Shown: in pieces, positions 46,528-48,802 of the stretch
Layout of the letters: each line of letters opens with the position of its first letter
Numbering within the stretch: the first letter of the stretch is position 1
Source: Gemmobacter sp.
Lineage (GTDB): Bacteria > Pseudomonadota > Alphaproteobacteria > Rhodobacterales > Rhodobacteraceae
DNA: 48,802 nt
Assembly: GCA_030834485.1 (NCBI GenBank)
Contig: JAUREX010000001.1
Span: 1-48,802, forward strand
Reading direction: 5' to 3'
The notes under the pieces: model-generated
Databases searched by the model: none
Told to the model about the DNA's origin: nothing
What the model saw: the letters and a program-made list of their open reading frames with translations, nothing else
Translations under genes and position numbers: made by a program

Positions 46528-47334
46528 ATGACCGACCCCACCGCCCGCAGCTACGAGACCCTGCTGATCGACCGGCCGGCGGCCCATGTGCTGCAGGTGA
46601 CGATGAACCGCCCGGCTGCGGCCAATGCGCTCAACACGCAGATGGGGCTCGACCTCATGGAGCTCTTCGAGGCGTTCCAGCTTGCCGACCACGGCATCCG
46701 CGCGATCGTGCTGACCGGCGCGGGCGAGCGCGCCTTTTGCGCCGGCGGCGACCTCGTGGAGCGGCGCGGCATGACCGATGAGGCCTGGCAGGCCCAGCAC
46801 GCGATATTCGAGCGGATGGTGCGCGCGCTCGTGAACTGCCCCGTGCCGATCATCGCCGCGGTCAACGGCGCGGCCTATGGCGGCGGGTGCGAGATCACGG
46901 GGGCGTGCGATTTCGCCTATGCCGCGCGCCACGCGCGCTTTGCGCTGACCGAGGTCACGCTCGGGATCATGCCGGGCGCCGGGGGTACGCAGACGCTCGC
47001 GCGCGCCGTCGGCGTGCGGCGCGCCAAGGAGGTGATCCTCACCGGGTTGCCCTTCGGCGCCGAAGAGGCCGCCGCCTGGGGCCTCGTCAACCGCGTGACC
47101 GAGGGGGGCGAGCTGCTCGCGGCCGCTGTCGCCACGGCGACGCGCATCGCGGGCAACGCCCCGATCTCGGTCCGGCAGGCCAAGCAGGCGATCCAGCGCG
47201 GCCTCGACATGTCGCTCGGTGACGGGCTCGCCTATGAGATCGAGGCCTATAACCGCATGATCCCGACAGAGGATCGGCGCGAGGGGATCAACGCCTTCAA
47301 CGAAAAGCGCCCCGCGCGCTTTCAGGGCCGCTGA
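46528..47334 (+). CDS. enoyl-CoA hydratase/isomerase family protein (methylglutaconyl-CoA hydratase-like)
   Basis: Crotonase motifs VTMNRPAAANALN and AAVNGAAYGGGCEI, and REGINAFNEKRPARF at the C-terminus. I chose the ATG at 46528. Confidence 0.9.
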   Translation: MTDPTARSYETLLIDRPAAHVLQVTMNRPAAANALNTQMGLDLMELFEAFQLADHGIRAIVLTGAGERAFCAGGDLVERRGMTDEAWQAQHAIFERMVRALVNCPVPIIAAVNGAAYGGGCEITGACDFAYAARHARFALTEVTLGIMPGAGGTQTLARAVGVRRAKEVILTGLPFGAEEAAAWGLVNRVTEGGELLAAAVATATRIAGNAPISVRQAKQAIQRGLDMSLGDGLAYEIEAYNRMIPTEDRREGINAFNEKRPARFQGR

Positions 47335-47344
47335 GGAGGGCACC

Positions 47345-48271
47345 ATGGCAGAACGGGCAGAAATCCGCGAAGTCGGTCCGCGCGACGGGCTGCAACTCGT
47401 CTCGACCATCCTGTCGACCGAGCGCAAGCTCGAATGGTGCGCGCGCACGGCCGCCGCCGGGGTGCGGCGGATCGAGGTCACCTCATTCGTGCCGCCCTCG
47501 GTGGTGCCGCAATTCGCCGATGCGGCCGAGGTCGCGCGCGGGGCGGTGGCGATGGGGGGCTTCGATGTCGCGGCGCTGGTCCCGAACCTGCGCGGGGCCG
47601 AGAACGCCCTCGCGGCCGGGGTCCATACGGTGAATTTCGTCACCTCGGCGAGCGAGGCGCACAACCTTGCCAATGTGCGGCGCACGCGCGAGCAATCGCT
47701 CGCGGATTTCGCGCGGATCGTGGCGCATCGCGATGCGGTGGCGCCGGGTCGGGTGCGGATCGGGGGCTGCGTGGCGACGACCTTCGGCTGCTCGATCGCG
47801 GGTGCGGTGCCCGAGGGCGATGCCTATGCGCTGGCCGAGGCCTACATCGCGGCGGGCGCGGATGAGCTGGTCGTGGCCGATACGGTGGGTGTCGCGACCC
47901 CCGCCCAGGTCCGCCGGATCGCGCGGCGCATGGTCGCGATCGCGGGCGGCCGGCCGGTGATCTGCCATTTCCACGACACGCGCGGGCTTGGCCTTGCCAA
48001 TGTGGTGGCGGCACTCGATGCGGGCGTGCGGATCTTCGATGCCGCCCTCGCGGGCCTCGGCGGCTGCCCCTTCGCCCCGGGCGCGAGCGGCAACATCGAC
48101 ACCGAGGACACCGCCTTTCTGCTCGAGGCCGAGGGTTTCGCGACCGGCATCGACATCGAGGCGCTGATCGCGCTGCGCCGCGAGGTCGAGGGCTGGCTGC
48201 CCGGCGAGCGTTTCGCGGGCGCGATCGCACGCGCAGGCGTGCCGTCCTGGTTCCAGCGCGCCGCGGGCTGA
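47345..48271 (+). CDS. hydroxymethylglutaryl-CoA lyase
   Basis: EVGPRDGLQ, the HFHDTRGLGLANV metal site and GLGGCPFAPGASGN motifs. Confidence 0.93.
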   Translation: MAERAEIREVGPRDGLQLVSTILSTERKLEWCARTAAAGVRRIEVTSFVPPSVVPQFADAAEVARGAVAMGGFDVAALVPNLRGAENALAAGVHTVNFVTSASEAHNLANVRRTREQSLADFARIVAHRDAVAPGRVRIGGCVATTFGCSIAGAVPEGDAYALAEAYIAAGADELVVADTVGVATPAQVRRIARRMVAIAGGRPVICHFHDTRGLGLANVVAALDAGVRIFDAALAGLGGCPFAPGASGNIDTEDTAFLLEAEGFATGIDIEALIALRREVEGWLPGERFAGAIARAGVPSWFQRAAG

Positions 48272-48277
48272 TCGCGC

Positions 48278-48802
48278 ATGGCCCCTGCGGGTGCGGCGGC
48301 GCGGCCCGGACCCGAGGCGATCGCGATCGGGGCGCTTCTGTGGGATGTGATCGCGACCGCGACGGCCGAAGGGCCTTTCGCGCCGGGTGACGATGTGCCG
48401 GGCCGGGTCGTCTGCCGGCCGGGAGGTGTTGCGCTGAACCTCGCGCTGGCGCTGCAACGGGCGGGGATCGCGACCGCGATCCTCGAGCAGGTCGGCGCGG
48501 ATGCGGCGGGGCGGGCGCTCTTGCGCGCGGTCGCGCGGCAGGGCGTCGCGACCCATGGCATCGACCCCCTGCCCGGCGTCGCGACCGGGCGCTATGTCGC
48601 GATCGAAGCGGGCGGGCGGCTGATCGGGGCCGTCGCCGATACCGGCGCGCTCGAGACGGCGGGGCGCGCGACGCTCCTCGCCGCGCTCGAGGATGGGCGG
48701 CTCGCGTCGCCTTCGGCGCCCTGGCGCGGCCTTGCCGTCATCGACGGGAACCTCTCGGCGCCGCTTCTGGCCGAGATCGCGGCGGGGGGCCTCCTTGCGC
48801 AG
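48278..48802 (+). CDS. PfkB-family carbohydrate/nucleoside kinase (3' end outside window)
   Basis: The frame is open from the ATG at 48278 to the window edge (not in the track because it has no stop). ...GRVVCRPGGVALNLALALQRAG... resembles the N-terminal sugar-binding region of ribokinase/pseudouridine-kinase-like enzymes. Confidence 0.7.
   Translation, partial: MAPAGAAARPGPEAIAIGALLWDVIATATAEGPFAPGDDVPGRVVCRPGGVALNLALALQRAGIATAILEQVGADAAGRALLRAVARQGVATHGIDPLPGVATGRYVAIEAGGRLIGAVADTGALETAGRATLLAALEDGRLASPSAPWRGLAVIDGNLSAPLLAEIAAGGLLAQ

Overview
This is a very GC-rich, gene-dense chromosomal segment. Its gene content looks alphaproteobacterial and Rhodobacterales-like: a GTA-type holin, Alph_Pro_TM, DUF2155 and NDUFA12-family genes, and an alpha-type dcw/pha layout. 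I can support about 50 protein-coding genes. Nearly all are housekeeping, and many are translationally coupled through ATGA/GTGA/TTGA stop-start overlaps.

Gene order:
- cyclophilin (5' partial)
- GH108 endolysin + 3-TM holin
- ccmF-ccmH
- enoyl-CoA hydratase
- PHA module: phaR, phaP and phaC, divergent from phaZ
- two alpha/beta hydrolases coupled to fabD
- a lipoprotein
- Alph_Pro_TM + TauE/SafE
- the 5' half of the dcw cluster on the minus strand: mraZ-rsmH-ftsL-ftsI-murE-murF-mraY
- a 730-bp non-coding region
- merR-like regulator and ihfA
- fabH-plsX-rpmF-yceD
- bamE, eno, an EamA transporter
- NDUFA12-like/MlaD/DUF2155
- aat, accC-accB, preT-preA
- an APH-type kinase + ETNPPL/PHYKPL-like class-III enzyme + arfB operon
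- yhhQ, mepA, MFS transporter, thioesterase
- yggT-recQ, an EamA transporter
- enoyl-CoA hydratase + HMG-CoA lyase + PfkB kinase (3' partial)

I found no rRNA, tRNA, CRISPR array, transposase, integrase or recognisable defence island.

Signals worth a second look:
1. An orphan GTA-type lysis cassette.
2. The long mraZ-upstream non-coding region. It carries five YGGGN pentamers in exact 10-bp phase, a long structured leader, and on the opposite strand a tandem sRNA-like array whose hairpin loops carry CCUCCUCCC-type motifs and which ends in a clean intrinsic terminator.
3. A 1-nt frameshift in the normally essential ftsI, at a homopolymer.
4. A structured element upstream of arfB: a perfect extended SD, an 18-codon rare-codon mini-ORF and a strong terminator.
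5. A 17-bp perfect inverted repeat holding two CTGC-N3-GCAG boxes upstream of phaP.

The many very long Arg/Pro/Gly-rich ORFs in the track are antisense or off-frame shadows typical of high-GC DNA, and I did not call them.
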